The notes beneath the pieces were generated by a model that was not told the DNA's origin, did no database searches, and saw only the letters and a program-made list of their open reading frames with translations. The translations under genes and the position numbers were made by a program. A DNA stretch of 64,000 bases. Origin: an uncultured Candidatus Saccharibacteria bacterium. GTDB taxonomy: Bacteria; Patescibacteriota; Minisyncoccia; Phycocordibacterales; Phycocordibacteraceae. Below, piece after piece: positions 9,437 through 19,794 of this stretch (positions are counted from its first letter, which is position 1; every line of letters starts with the position of its first letter). The stretch covers positions 1,825 through 65,824 of the forward strand of contig CAYOCH010000003.1 of the NCBI GenBank assembly GCA_964402535.1, given 5' to 3'.

Positions 9437-10471
9437 ATGGGGGAACCGATCCAAGCCAATTGGCGCGTCCTGGCCGCATCACTCGTTGCCGCCGTTCTCG
9501 TGATCGGTGCCTACGTCCTTGCGCGGGGCGTCGAGTCGTCGGATGTCGCACAAGCCTCGACCGAGACGGCGCTCCTGCAGGCGATCGCGGCGAAAGATTC
9601 TGACAACGACGGCCTCCCCGACTGGGAGGAGGCGCTCTACGGCACCGATCCGTACGCGGTCGACACCTTCAACCTCGGGATGACCGACGGCGCCGCTGTC
9701 GCCAAAGGGCTCATCGTCCCGAAGGCGATCGCCACCATCTCCTCGGCGACCTCGACGGCGCCTCTTTCAAGCGACGTGGACTACAAGAAGCTCGGCATCG
9801 CGGCGCCGAATGAGGGCTCACTGACCGACGCATTCGCCAAGAGCTTCTTCACCTACTACGCCGAGACCAAAAAGACCAAGGGCGGCGACCTCTCGCAGGC
9901 GGACATCGACGCGATCGAGCAGCAGGCGCTCGACTCGCTCTCCTCCACAATAGCCAAGGCGCCGGATTACAAATCGGCGAGCGATCTTGCTGTCTCGGGC
10001 TCCGGGCCGGACGCGCTCCGCGCCTTTGCCGTGCAGGCCGAGGCGATCTTCAAGAAGAACACGAGCATGGCGACGACGAGCGAGCTCGTGTATCTGCAAT
10101 ATGCGGCAGAGAGCAACGATGCAAAGGCGGTTGCAGCGCTCGAGTCGATCGCGCAGGCGTATCGTGCAGCGGCTGCCGGGCTCGCCGTGCTGCCGGTGCC
10201 GCGCGAGCTCGCGTCAGCGGACCTCGCGCTCATCAATGCGATGGCGCGCGTGAGCGGGATCGTCGAGAACTTCGCCCAAGTGAACAGCGACCCCTTGGTC
10301 GCGATGATGGCGCTCGAACAGTACACGGCGGCGGCGCAAGACCTGGGTGCAGCGTTTGCGAATATCGCAAATGATTATGCGGTTGCCGGTGTTACGCTCG
10401 ACAAGGGGGCGCCCGGCGCCTCGTTCGTGGGCGTGAGCGCGGCTGCCGCGCGTATCCAGCCTGCACCATGA
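9437..10471 (+). CDS. membrane-anchored protein with a DSDNDGLPDWEE (TSP3/dockerin-like Ca-binding) motif
   Basis: 344 aa: N-terminal TM helix, then the D-x-D-x-D-G motif and an Ala-rich extracellular region. Its stop overlaps the next gene (ATGA). Confidence 0.6.
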   Translation: MGEPIQANWRVLAASLVAAVLVIGAYVLARGVESSDVAQASTETALLQAIAAKDSDNDGLPDWEEALYGTDPYAVDTFNLGMTDGAAVAKGLIVPKAIATISSATSTAPLSSDVDYKKLGIAAPNEGSLTDAFAKSFFTYYAETKKTKGGDLSQADIDAIEQQALDSLSSTIAKAPDYKSASDLAVSGSGPDALRAFAVQAEAIFKKNTSMATTSELVYLQYAAESNDAKAVAALESIAQAYRAAAAGLAVLPVPRELASADLALINAMARVSGIVENFAQVNSDPLVAMMALEQYTAAAQDLGAAFANIANDYAVAGVTLDKGAPGASFVGVSAAAARIQPAP

Positions 10472-12132
10472 ACACGCGCTTCGCATCAAGGGTGATCGTC
10501 GCACTGCTCGCCGTCGGCATCATCGCTCCGGCGTTCCTCGTGCCGCAGCGCGCGTCGGCACAGGTGGCGAGCGCAGCAGGGGCGGCATCGTGCTTTGCCG
10601 CCGGCGGTGTCGGTCTCGCAGGCGGCGCGGCCTCTGCAGTGCTCTCGGTGCCTGTGAATGACATGGCGAACCTGGCGCAGAACACGTTCACCGCCGGCGC
10701 GACGCAAGGCGACTGCATCAAGAACAACATCATCACGCCGCTCGCACGGCTCATGGCGCGCATCGTGATCCAGCAGATCACGGCGAGCACAATCAACTGG
10801 ATCACCGGGCGTAACGGCACCGGCCAGCCGACGTTCGTGACGAATCTCTCCCTCAATCTGCAGGCCGTCGGCGACGCGGTCGCGCTCTCGTATATCTCTC
10901 GCGTGACGACTGCCTTCAACTCGCCCTTCGGCCCGATGATCGCGCAGTCGCTCCAGCTCCAGTACAACCAGCAGTCGAGCCTCGCAGGCTTCTTCGCAGC
11001 GAATCAGTCCACGCTCAACCGGTGGTCGCCGAATCCGAATGCCTTCCTTTCCGGACAGTGGGCGCAGGGCGGGATCCCTGCGTGGTTCGCGCTCACGACG
11101 CAGACGCAGAACAACCCGTACACGCTGTATCAGGCAGCAGAAGGGCAGCTCAGATCGAACCTCTCTCAAGCAGAGACGAACCGCCGCCAGGACATCGCGC
11201 AAGGGGGCGGCTTCCTCTCGTGGTGCGGCGTGACGGACGCGGCAGCGCAGGATCAGAGCTCCGCAGCCGGCGGAGGCGCCAATCCGGGTGATGCCTGCAC
11301 CAACAGCGACGGAACGCCGGGGACCGTTCAGACACCGGGTTCGGCGATCCACGACTATGCGCAGAAAGCGATCGTCGGCGCCGGGCTCGACCAGCTCGTC
11401 TCGGTGACCGACATAGATCAGGCGCTCGGCGCGATCGCGATGGCGCTCGTCAACCAGGTACTCGGGAATGGCGGTCTCTTGGGCGCCGGCACGCCGCTGC
11501 CGGGGCGGCCGCCGATAACAAACCAGCTCCAGGCCTACTCGGGTGATACGTCCGCGAACACGGGATCCTCGTCGTCGTTCGCCGGCGCGATGCTCTCGCG
11601 CATCACTGCCTACAAGGCCGCGTGGGGGACTATCACCTCCTCGGCGGACGTCGCCTCCTCGAGCCTCAACAGGCTCGTGACCTACTGCAACTCGCAGGCG
11701 ACGGATCCGAACGCGCTGCAGGGGGTGATCAACGCGAATGTCGCAGCGGCGCAGGCGGCGCTCGCGACCGAGGTCGCGCCGATCTACACTCAAGCCGGGC
11801 AGGCGATCGCCGCGACCGACCCGACGAAGGCGCTCGCGCTCAAGGTGCAGGCAGAGTCCTCGAGCGTGACCTCGACAACGACAGCCGCGACGATCGCGGC
11901 GGACACGGGCGTCTTGGCGACCGCCGCCCCGACCGTGAGCGACCTCACATCCGTGCAGCAGAACGCCTCGGTGATGAACGGCGCCAAGGCGAACCCAGCG
12001 GGCTCGCTCACGGTCGCGGGCGGCTCGCTCGTCGATCAGATGAACCTGATCACGACGAACGCGGCGGCGCTCCAGGCCGCCTGCACGCCGAATGCAGCGA
12101 ACGGACCAAGTGTCATCACTCCGACAGGATAA
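10468..12132 (+). CDS. large secreted Ala/Thr/Gln/Asn-rich protein (hypothetical surface protein)
   Basis: 554 aa with a signal peptide (MNTRFASRVIVALLAVGIIAPAFLVPQRASAQVAS) and low-complexity hydrophilic composition; translationally coupled to its neighbours. Confidence 0.6.
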   Translation: MNTRFASRVIVALLAVGIIAPAFLVPQRASAQVASAAGAASCFAAGGVGLAGGAASAVLSVPVNDMANLAQNTFTAGATQGDCIKNNIITPLARLMARIVIQQITASTINWITGRNGTGQPTFVTNLSLNLQAVGDAVALSYISRVTTAFNSPFGPMIAQSLQLQYNQQSSLAGFFAANQSTLNRWSPNPNAFLSGQWAQGGIPAWFALTTQTQNNPYTLYQAAEGQLRSNLSQAETNRRQDIAQGGGFLSWCGVTDAAAQDQSSAAGGGANPGDACTNSDGTPGTVQTPGSAIHDYAQKAIVGAGLDQLVSVTDIDQALGAIAMALVNQVLGNGGLLGAGTPLPGRPPITNQLQAYSGDTSANTGSSSSFAGAMLSRITAYKAAWGTITSSADVASSSLNRLVTYCNSQATDPNALQGVINANVAAAQAALATEVAPIYTQAGQAIAATDPTKALALKVQAESSSVTSTTTAATIAADTGVLATAAPTVSDLTSVQQNASVMNGAKANPAGSLTVAGGSLVDQMNLITTNAAALQAACTPNAANGPSVITPTG

Positions 12133-12133
12133 T

Positions 12134-14479
12134 ATGCGACGCTTCCTTTCAACACTCATCGTGATGGTCGCGCTCATGGGCGCGGCCGGCGCAGCGCCGG
12201 CCGCGTATGCACAGGCCACGGCAGACCCGGGGCTGGACGGCTATGCGACTGACGAGTCAGGCAACGCGTATACGCAAGCGCAAATCGATGCGACCAATGC
12301 GGCCGGCCAAGCCGGCGTCGCGCAGACAGTGCAGCAGATGACGAATCCGAGCGATGCAAAGAAGTCGATCGATCCGAATGCTAGCAAAGACGCCGGCTCC
12401 CAGTACGGCTCTGTGATGACGTGGATCATGACGCTCTTCGCCTGGCTCGTCGGCGTCGCGGCGCTCCTCCTCGACAACGCGGTCTACTTCACCGTCGTGA
12501 AGATGGGCGATTACATCCGCAACCTATCGGCCGTCGGCGTCACGTGGCGGATCCTCCGGGATATCGGGAACATATTCCTCATCTTCGGCTTCATCTTCGG
12601 CGGCATCGCGACGATCCTGAACATGGATATCTACGGCTGGGGCAAGAAGATGCTCCCGATGCTCATCGTCGGTGCCGTGTTCATCAACTTCTCGCTCTTC
12701 TTCGCCGAGGCGGTGATCGACGTCGGCAACCTCTTTGCGACGCAATTCTATACGCAGATCAATGGGGGGCGTGCTTCGAGCCCGCAATCATTCGGTTCCG
12801 GTTTCGGCGTCCGGCTGCAGAATGAAGGGATATCAAACGTGCTGATGGCAAAACTCGGGCTGCAGACCATCTACGGCGATGCAGCGAAGAATACCAAGCT
12901 GTTCAAGGCGGATAACACCTGGGTGATCGGCTTCATGGGCATCCTCCTGTTCATCGTCACGGCTTTCGTCCTCTTCTCGCTCTCGTTCGTGCTTATCGCG
13001 CGCTTCGTGATGCTCCTCTTCATCATAATATTTTCGCCGATCGGGATCGTAGGCCTCGCGGTGCCCAAGCTCGGCAAGCTCGCGAAACAGTGGTGGGATA
13101 CGCTCTTCGAACAGACTGTCACGGCGCCGCTCCTGCTCTTGTGCCTCTATATCGCACTCGCCGTCATCTCTGACGCGTCCTTTCTCTCGAGCGACACGAG
13201 CGCGGTGGGTTGGGTGAACGGCGACTTCCAGGGCTTCGCGAGCTTTATCCTCTCGTTCCTCATCGCGATGGGGCTCTTGCTTGCCGTGGTACTCATCGCT
13301 AAGAAGCTCTCTGCCGCCGGCGCCGACTGGGCATCGCGAACTGCTGGCACGCTCACGTTCAGCGCTACCGCGCTAGGGCTCCGTTATACGGCGGGGAAGG
13401 GTTCGGATGCGCTTGCGCGCAAAGTGCGTGAGAGCAAGACGCTTAACAGCACGGCGCTCGGACGATTCGCTAGTCGGAAAGTTGCAGGCGCGTTCGACTA
13501 TGGCGCGACCGCGAACTATCATATCGGGGCAGCGGCGAACAAGATCCCGGCTCTCTCTGGCATCGACTACGGCAAGACCCACGAGGGTGGGTATCGTGCG
13601 GAGAAGAAGATCACGGAGGAGTACAAGAAGTCTGCCGAGGACGCGCAGAAGGAGGCTGCGAAGAAGGAACGTGCAGCAGAGGTCAAGAGAGCGATGGAGA
13701 GCGCTGATGCGGAGCTGGACGCAGGCACGATTACTCACGACGAGTATGATGCACGAATCTCCCCGCATCTCGCCAAGATGTCAGCAAAAGAGATAGAGGA
13801 TCTCGACGGGATCAAGAAGGGTACTGAAGAACTCGTCAGGAACCTGTCACCACAGCAGTTCGAGGCACTAATGAAGAGCGATAATTTGAGCCAGTCGCAG
13901 AAAGACGGTATCAAAGAGGCTCGCTTTAGGGACGTTACTGCAAAGATTGCGGCGGCGACCGCGCCTGGCGCGGCACCAGCTGTGATCGCGGATGCACAAG
14001 CGGCCGTTGTGAAGTTGAGTAACAAGGAGCTCGCGCATTTGGACTCAAATACCCTCACGAAAGATTTCGTAGCAGATAACCTGACGAATGATCAGTACGA
14101 ATATATCGGTAAGGAAGGCATACTGAGCGGTGCGCAAAAGACGGCGCTCGATGCACGTCGTAAAAACCGGTTCGATCCCGCAATCACGCCGCACAGTGAC
14201 GTGGCGAACGCGATAAGGTCTCTTAAGTGGAATCGAGATCAGATAAGAAAACTTCCGTCCGCGACTGTTACCAATACCGACGTCTTAAATGACCTGGGTT
14301 CGGAAGCGCTTAACCTTATCGATATTGTTCGGACCGGGAACCTTTCCCCGACAGATCGCCGTCGCCTCGGTACGTACTTCGAAGACATAGCAACTCACCC
14401 GACTGACCCGCGACAGGCAGATTTTGCGGCCTACCTTGCGGCCGATCCACGCATAAAGAGAGATCTTCTCATCACGTAA
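12134..14479 (+). CDS. polytopic membrane protein with long charged C-terminal domain (possibly VirB6/TrbL-like; unverified)
   Basis: Signal peptide MRRFLSTLIVMVALMGAAGAAPAAYA, about 6-7 TM helices over residues ~110-420, then a ~370-aa Lys/Glu/Ala-rich coiled-coil-like tail. The ATG is 1 nt after the upstream stop. Confidence 0.6.
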   Translation: MRRFLSTLIVMVALMGAAGAAPAAYAQATADPGLDGYATDESGNAYTQAQIDATNAAGQAGVAQTVQQMTNPSDAKKSIDPNASKDAGSQYGSVMTWIMTLFAWLVGVAALLLDNAVYFTVVKMGDYIRNLSAVGVTWRILRDIGNIFLIFGFIFGGIATILNMDIYGWGKKMLPMLIVGAVFINFSLFFAEAVIDVGNLFATQFYTQINGGRASSPQSFGSGFGVRLQNEGISNVLMAKLGLQTIYGDAAKNTKLFKADNTWVIGFMGILLFIVTAFVLFSLSFVLIARFVMLLFIIIFSPIGIVGLAVPKLGKLAKQWWDTLFEQTVTAPLLLLCLYIALAVISDASFLSSDTSAVGWVNGDFQGFASFILSFLIAMGLLLAVVLIAKKLSAAGADWASRTAGTLTFSATALGLRYTAGKGSDALARKVRESKTLNSTALGRFASRKVAGAFDYGATANYHIGAAANKIPALSGIDYGKTHEGGYRAEKKITEEYKKSAEDAQKEAAKKERAAEVKRAMESADAELDAGTITHDEYDARISPHLAKMSAKEIEDLDGIKKGTEELVRNLSPQQFEALMKSDNLSQSQKDGIKEARFRDVTAKIAAATAPGAAPAVIADAQAAVVKLSNKELAHLDSNTLTKDFVADNLTNDQYEYIGKEGILSGAQKTALDARRKNRFDPAITPHSDVANAIRSLKWNRDQIRKLPSATVTNTDVLNDLGSEALNLIDIVRTGNLSPTDRRRLGTYFEDIATHPTDPRQADFAAYLAADPRIKRDLLIT

Positions 14480-14490
14480 CAGAGATTAAT

Positions 14491-15420
14491 ATGAAAAGTT
14501 ATTCGGATGACGAAATAATTCAGCTGCTCGATCGCATCCCGCCGATTGTTCGGGAGCGCATCACTCGTCCTGAAACAGCACGAATCATTGCATCGATAGG
14601 AAAGAGCAAACAGCTGCATATCGATAAGATCGGCAAGATAGCCGAACTGAATCGAAATGCGCTTCTCGGGCTTATCGGACCGGCTGAATTCGTTCAAGAG
14701 CTCATCGCTTCTGGAATTTCTGACGCAGATGCAAAGAATATTGTCCAACAGATTAACGAACAGATCTTTAAGCCGTTGCGGGACGAGGAGCTGAAGCGAG
14801 GTATTGATGCAGAACCGAAACCGGTAACGCCAGCTCCTGCACCGGCTCCAGCTCCCGCATCGGCGGCGCCACAGGCACCTGTAGCGCAGACGCCAGCGGG
14901 GCAGACAGGCTCATTCTTCCGCCTGCAGAACAAGATTCAGCCGGCGCCCGGTCCGCGAGCGTACACGCCGCCGCCGCAGTCACCGATGTATCGGCGTCCC
15001 GATCAAGAAGATAGCCCGCTGATCATCAAGGTGTCACCGCCCCCGGTCGTGCAGCAGAAGCGGATAGTGCCCGTCTCGAGCGTGCCTGTAGTACCTGTGG
15101 CGGACAAGACAGAAGTGCCGCCGAACCTGCCTGGCGCAATGCCGCCGCGTCCTGTCGCGCCTGCCGCCCCTGCGGTGCCAGTAACACCGGCGTCGTCGGC
15201 TGTGCTTCCGTCAGCGCGGATTGTTGCTCCCGCTGTACCCGCTATGCCCGTCGCTCCGGTCGCACCGCGGCCGGGCACGCCCGCGGCCCCCGTGGCGCCT
15301 CGCCCGATGCAACCGGTGATGCCCGCTGCACCCGCAGCGCCCAAGCCGCCAGCTCCCGCGCCAGCTGCACCTGCGAAGCCCTACGGCGTCGACCCGTACC
15401 GCGAACCGATCGAGCCGTAG
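14491..15420 (+). CDS. hypothetical protein with Pro/Ala-rich C-terminal half
   Basis: 309 aa: structured N-terminal ~110 aa followed by PAPAPAPA.../PVAP repeats. Confidence 0.5.
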   Translation: MKSYSDDEIIQLLDRIPPIVRERITRPETARIIASIGKSKQLHIDKIGKIAELNRNALLGLIGPAEFVQELIASGISDADAKNIVQQINEQIFKPLRDEELKRGIDAEPKPVTPAPAPAPAPASAAPQAPVAQTPAGQTGSFFRLQNKIQPAPGPRAYTPPPQSPMYRRPDQEDSPLIIKVSPPPVVQQKRIVPVSSVPVVPVADKTEVPPNLPGAMPPRPVAPAAPAVPVTPASSAVLPSARIVAPAVPAMPVAPVAPRPGTPAAPVAPRPMQPVMPAAPAAPKPPAPAPAAPAKPYGVDPYREPIEP

Positions 15421-15424
15421 GTGT

Positions 15425-15453
15425 TTGCATTTCCAGCGCTATTCATTTATATT
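15425..15453 (+). promoter_or_regulatory. sigma70-like promoter upstream of rpsL
   Basis: TTGCAT (15425-15430), 17-nt spacer, TATATT (15448-15453). It is followed by a short hairpin GACCCACCGCGGGTC plus a T-tract before the rpsL ATG. Confidence 0.45.
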
Positions 15454-15485
15454 GCACCTGACCCACCGCGGGTCTTCTTTTTCTA

Positions 15486-15893
15486 ATGGCCACCATCAAT
15501 CAGCTCTCACGCAAGGGACGCAAGAACAAGACCTCGAAGACGAGCGTACCGGCGCTCGCTCGCGGCTTTAACGCTCTCAAGAACCGCCCGACTTTCTATG
15601 CGTCGCCCTTCAAGCGCGGCGTCTGCACCAAGGTGACCACCAAGACCCCGCGCAAGCCGAACTCGGCTATCCGCAAGATCGCTCGTGTCCGCCTCACGAA
15701 CGGCATGGAGGTCACGGCTTACATCCCGGGCGAGGGCCACAACCTCCAGGAACACTCGGTGGTGATGCTCCGCGGCGGCCGCGTGAAGGACATCGGCGTG
15801 CAGTACACGATCGTCCGCGGCAAGCTCGACACGGCCGGCCTCGAGAAGCGCCGCCGCTCCCGCTCGCGCTACGGCGCGAAGCGCCCTAAGTAA
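15486..15893 (+). CDS. rpsL: 30S ribosomal protein S12
   Basis: [12 protein letters not shown]...PKKPNSA[I]RK...[15 protein letters not shown], the canonical S12 sequence. Confidence 0.97.
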   Translation: MATINQLSRKGRKNKTSKTSVPALARGFNALKNRPTFYASPFKRGVCTKVTTKTPRKPNSAIRKIARVRLTNGMEVTAYIPGEGHNLQEHSVVMLRGGRVKDIGVQYTIVRGKLDTAGLEKRRRSRSRYGAKRPK

Positions 15894-15917
15894 GTTTAAA
15901 TATTTAAACGTTTAAAT
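15894..15917. repeat. perfect 16-bp palindrome GTTTAAATATTTAAAC plus an extra GTTTAAAT in the rpsL-rpsG spacer
   Basis: Seen directly; same motif family as the palindromes flanking the four-helix-bundle island. Confidence 0.6.
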
Positions 15918-15924
15918 TTTTATC

Positions 15925-16389
15925 ATGCGTCGTCCCCTTAAGAAGCAGCGCACCTGGAAGCCGGATCTCAAGTACGGATCTGAGACGCTGACCCGTTTCA
16001 TCAACGCCGTCATGTGGAGCGGCAAGAAGGATGTCGCGCGCGCCGTCGTCTACGATGCGCTCGCCGTGATCGAGAAGGAGGGTGCGAACCCGCTCGAGAC
16101 GTTTGAATCGGCATTGCGAAACGTCTCTCCCTTGATGGAGGTGCGTTCTCGCCGCGTCGGCGGTGCCAACTACCAGGTGCCCCGCGAGGTGCCGCAGGCC
16201 CGCCGCCTCGCACTCTCGTTCCGCTGGCTCATCAACGCCGCCCGCTCGAAGAAGGGTAAGCCGATGGCAGAGAAGCTCGCCGCGGAGCTCCTCCTCGCCG
16301 CCAAGAACGAGGGCGATGCGATCAAGAAGAAGGACGAGATGCACCGCATGGCGGATGCGAACAAGGCTTTCGCCCACTTCGCCTGGTAG
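15925..16389 (+). CDS. rpsG: 30S ribosomal protein S7
   Basis: 154 aa with a conserved S7 core (SPLMEVRSRRVGGANYQVP). Confidence 0.95.
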   Translation: MRRPLKKQRTWKPDLKYGSETLTRFINAVMWSGKKDVARAVVYDALAVIEKEGANPLETFESALRNVSPLMEVRSRRVGGANYQVPREVPQARRLALSFRWLINAARSKKGKPMAEKLAAELLLAAKNEGDAIKKKDEMHRMADANKAFAHFAW

Positions 16390-16457
16390 CCGTCTTCAAC
16401 CGGCGCTTGTCGGTCCCTGTCGAGTTCAAGGTCGAGTCGTGAGTGTTCGGCAATCAA

Positions 16458-16484
16458 AAGGCGGGAGCGATCCCGCCTTTTCTA
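16458..16484 (+). terminator. intrinsic terminator after rpsG
   Basis: GGCGGGAGCGATCCCGCC stem followed by TTTTCT. Confidence 0.7.
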
Positions 16485-16490
16485 TTTAGT

Positions 16491-16520
16491 AAAAAAGAGC
16501 GGCTCCACAGAGCCGCTTTA
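16491..16520 (-). terminator. intrinsic terminator of the opposite-strand orphan gene
   Basis: GAGCGGCTC-caca-GAGCCGCTT stem with an A-run on + (a U-run on the minus transcript), 13 nt past the minus-strand stop. Confidence 0.6.
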
Positions 16521-16532
16521 TGTGATCGAACA

Positions 16533-17039
16533 TCATTCGAGGATTCTCCCGCCGCTCTCTTCGAGCGAGACATATGTGTAGAGGGCGTCGAGCTGGTCTT
16601 GGGTCCTGGTGCTCGAGTTCCCGTTTGCTGCCCGCGCTTTGCCGATCGTTTCGATCACACCCGGTATGTTCTTTGCGAGCGCATCCCTGAGCTCCTTCGT
16701 CACCGCGTCGAGCCCATAGCGATGCCAGACTTGCAGCAGCGGCTTCAGGTCGACGGCGATGATCGGGACGATCACATTTGTCTCGGCGCGGCAGAGCCAG
16801 AGCTGGCCGAAACGGCGTTCGATGCCATAGTTTTCGCGCGGGTCGGAGCCGGCCGGGTACGGCACGATCGTCATGAAGATCTCGATGGCTAGCGGGGCTG
16901 GGAGCGCGATCTCCTGCAGCGCTTTGTGGAGCGGGCTGAAGACGTTCGGCCCTGGCGGTACGGTGAACGTATCCCGCGCCATACTCTCGACGGTGATGAC
17001 GTCTTCGGCATGGTAGTTCTGTCTGCGCACGAGTCGCAT
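16533..17039 (-). CDS. hypothetical protein (orphan gene inserted between rpsG and fusA on the opposite strand)
   Basis: 168 aa with GC3-rich codon usage, a strong SD (GAAGGAGGG) 4 nt upstream of the ATG on the minus strand, and its own terminator. No recognisable family. Confidence 0.65.
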   Translation of the reverse strand: MRLVRRQNYHAEDVITVESMARDTFTVPPGPNVFSPLHKALQEIALPAPLAIEIFMTIVPYPAGSDPRENYGIERRFGQLWLCRAETNVIVPIIAVDLKPLLQVWHRYGLDAVTKELRDALAKNIPGVIETIGKARAANGNSSTRTQDQLDALYTYVSLEESGGRILE

Positions 17040-17162
17040 GGTCCCTCCTTCGGTTGGTGTGTAGGTGCAGCCGCCTCGACTCTACCAGCTCCTTGGCATT
17101 TTCGCCATCTTCAGGTATTCTTCACTCGACGCCCAAGCGGCTTTTATTTTTATTCATCACTT

Positions 17163-19310
17163 ATGACCCGCGACTATCCTCTCGAACGAGTGCGCAACTT
17201 CGGCATCATCGCCCACATCGACGCCGGCAAGACGACGACCTCCGAGCGCGTCCTCTACTACACTGGCGCGCAGCACAAGATCGGCGAGGTGCACGAGGGC
17301 GAGACGACGACCGACTGGATGGAGCAGGAGCGTGAGCGCGGCATCACGATCACGGCGGCCGCCATCACCTGCTTCTGGAGCAAGACGGCCGAGAAGGATA
17401 AGAAGGACACCTCCAAGAAGTTCCGTTTCAATATCATCGACACGCCGGGACACATCGACTTCACCGCCGAGGTGAAGCGTTCGATGCGCGTGCTTGACGG
17501 CGCGGTCGTCGTGTTCGACGGCGTCGCGGGCGTCGAGCCGCAGTCCGAGACGAACTGGCGCTACGCCGACGAGGCGAACGTGCCGCGCATCTGCTTTATC
17601 AACAAGCTCGACCGCACGGGCGCATCCTTCGAGAAGTCGTACGCCTCGATCCTTGACCGGCTCTCGCCGAAGGCGATCCGCATGCAGATCCCGATCGGCG
17701 AAGAGGCGCAGCACGAAGGCGTCGTCGACCTCCTCACGATGAAGGCGTTCCGCTTTGAGGGCTCGATGGGCGACGAGGTGATCGAGGGCGAAATCCCCGA
17801 GAATCTGCTCGAGGACGCTAAGAAGTACCGCGCCGAGCTCGTGGAGCGCATCGTCGAGCAGGACGACGCCGCGATGAACGCCTACCTCGAGGGCAAGGAG
17901 CCGTCAGTTGATGAGCTCAAGGCGATCCTGCGCAAGGCCGTGATCGTGAACGCCGTCTTCCCGGTTTACACCGGCTCGGCGCTTAAGAACAAGGGCGTGC
18001 AGCTCGTCCTCGACGCTGTCGTCGACTTCCTCCCGTCACCGCTCGAGCTCCCGGCTGTGACCGGCACCAACCCGAAGACCGGTGAGGCGATCGAGCGCCA
18101 CGCGAATGACGACGAGCCATTCTGCGCGCTCGCCTTCAAGCTTCAGACCGACCCGTTCGTCGGCGCGCTGACCTTCTTCCGCGTCTACTCGGGCTCTGTC
18201 TCGGCAGGTTCGTATATCTACAACTCGACGACCGGCACCAAGGAGCGCTTGGGCCGCATTGTCCGCCTCCAGGCCGACAAGCGCGAGGAGGTGCAGCAGG
18301 TCTTCACCGGCGAGATCGCCGCTGCCGTGGGCCTCAAGGACACCAAGACCTCGCACACGCTCTGCGACGAGGCGAACCCGATCGTGCTCGAGGAGATCAA
18401 GTTCCCCGAGCCGGTGGTGTCGCTCCGCATCGAGCCCAAGACGAAGGCCGACCAGGAGAAGATGGGCGTCGCGCTCAGGAAGCTTAGCGACGAGGACCCG
18501 ACCTTCCGCATCAAGACCGACGAAGAGACCAACGAGACGATCATCTCGGGCATGGGCGAGCTCCATCTCGAGATCCTCGTGGACCGCATGAAGCGCGAGT
18601 TCAACGTCGAGGCGAATGTGGGCAAGCCGCAGGTGGCCTACCGCGAGACGATCCAGGGCGCTGCAGACGCCGAGGGCAAGTACATCAAGCAGACCGGCGG
18701 CCGCGGCCAGTACGGTCACGTGAAGATCAAGATGAAGAAGCTCGAGCCGATCGAGGAGGGCGCCAAGATCGCCAAGAACACGACGCGCGAGGATCACTTC
18801 GAGTTCATCAACAACATCAAGGGCGGCGTGGTGCCGCAGGAGTACATCCCGGCGGTAGAGAAGGGCGTCCGCGAGGCGATGTCGCGCGGCTTCTTGGCCG
18901 GCTTCCCGATGGTGGATATCTCGATCGACCTCTACGACGGCTCCTATCACGATGTAGACTCCTCCGAGATCGCCTTCAAGATCGCGGCGTCGATGGCGTT
19001 CCAGGAGGCGGCCGGCAAGGCCAAGGCGGTCATCCTCGAGCCGATCATGCGCGTCGAGGTGGTGGTGCCGGAGCAGTTCATGGGCGACGTCACAGGCTCG
19101 CTCTCGGGCAAGCGCGGTCAGATAGAAGGGATGGAAGATAGGGGGATGAACAAGGCGATCCACGCCAAGGTGCCGCTCTCGGAGATGTTCGGCTACACGA
19201 CGACGCTCCGCTCGATGACCGAGGGCCGCGGCTCGATGACGATGGAGTTCGACCACTACGACGTGGTCCCGAACAACGTCGCGACCGAGATCATCGCCAG
19301 CCGCAAGTAG
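17163..19310 (+). CDS. fusA: elongation factor G
   Basis: [31 protein letters not shown]... with G-domain motifs ([12 protein letters not shown]). The ORF extends upstream to 16926, but the conserved N-terminus starts at the ATG at 17163. Confidence 0.96.
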   Translation: MTRDYPLERVRNFGIIAHIDAGKTTTSERVLYYTGAQHKIGEVHEGETTTDWMEQERERGITITAAAITCFWSKTAEKDKKDTSKKFRFNIIDTPGHIDFTAEVKRSMRVLDGAVVVFDGVAGVEPQSETNWRYADEANVPRICFINKLDRTGASFEKSYASILDRLSPKAIRMQIPIGEEAQHEGVVDLLTMKAFRFEGSMGDEVIEGEIPENLLEDAKKYRAELVERIVEQDDAAMNAYLEGKEPSVDELKAILRKAVIVNAVFPVYTGSALKNKGVQLVLDAVVDFLPSPLELPAVTGTNPKTGEAIERHANDDEPFCALAFKLQTDPFVGALTFFRVYSGSVSAGSYIYNSTTGTKERLGRIVRLQADKREEVQQVFTGEIAAAVGLKDTKTSHTLCDEANPIVLEEIKFPEPVVSLRIEPKTKADQEKMGVALRKLSDEDPTFRIKTDEETNETIISGMGELHLEILVDRMKREFNVEANVGKPQVAYRETIQGAADAEGKYIKQTGGRGQYGHVKIKMKKLEPIEEGAKIAKNTTREDHFEFINNIKGGVVPQEYIPAVEKGVREAMSRGFLAGFPMVDISIDLYDGSYHDVDSSEIAFKIAASMAFQEAAGKAKAVILEPIMRVEVVVPEQFMGDVTGSLSGKRGQIEGMEDRGMNKAIHAKVPLSEMFGYTTTLRSMTEGRGSMTMEFDHYDVVPNNVATEIIASRK

Positions 19311-19321
19311 CTCATACAAGA

Positions 19322-19358
19322 AACAACCCGGCGCCCTTTGGGCGCCGGGTTGTTGTGT
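19322..19358 (+). terminator. hairpin after fusA
   Basis: AACAACCCGGCGCCC-tttg-GGCGCCGGGTTGTT. Confidence 0.6.
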
Positions 19359-19463
19359 GCTACACTGCCCGCACATGCAGACAAGGAACTTCTTTGGCGC
19401 GTATTACTTTACCGGCTCGTCCGGAAGGTTGATCCGCGCGTAGGAAGATTCCCACCCACAGAT

Positions 19464-19496
19464 CAGCCCTCCGGACGGAGGGCTGAGTTCTTTTTA
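19464..19496 (+). terminator. hairpin plus U-tract immediately upstream of a small zinc-ribbon gene (terminator or attenuator)
   Basis: CAGCCCTCCG-gac-GGAGGGCTG followed by AGTTCTTTTT, 13 nt before the SD of the 19509 gene. Confidence 0.55.
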
Positions 19497-19508
19497 GGGA
19501 GGTTCGGT

Positions 19509-19694
19509 ATGGAGATAGAGAAGGACGAGAAGCACTGCCCGCAGCATGGGCCGATGACACACTTCGATCATGTGACGGATACGGAGACCGGCGCGATGCG
19601 GAAATATCGCTGCCAGTCGTGCGCGTTTACCGCCACCGTCGAAGTGCCGCTGCCGTCGTACGTACGGCGCAAAGAGAAGGCACAATGCGCCTGA
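19509..19694 (+). CDS. small zinc-ribbon protein (hypothetical, 61 aa)
   Basis: SD GGGAGG 7 nt upstream of the ATG. C-x2-H...C-x2-C (HCPQHG...CQSC). Followed by hairpin ACACCCCGC-ttcg-GCGGGGTG plus a T-tract at 19698-19730. Confidence 0.55.
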   Translation: MEIEKDEKHCPQHGPMTHFDHVTDTETGAMRKYRCQSCAFTATVEVPLPSYVRRKEKAQCA

Positions 19695-19794
19695 CCTACA
19701 CCCCGCTTCGGCGGGGTGCTTTCTTTACTTTCATGAGAAGGGGAGTAAGGTCATAGATACCCATATTCTGGGTCAACAACGAAGGAGGTGCATC

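Noticed and set aside
10486-12219. 577-aa minus-strand ORF
   Set aside because: Antisense to the secreted 554-aa protein gene; Arg-rich nonsense composition.
18036-19376. 446-aa minus-strand ORF
   Set aside because: Antisense to fusA; high-GC artefact.
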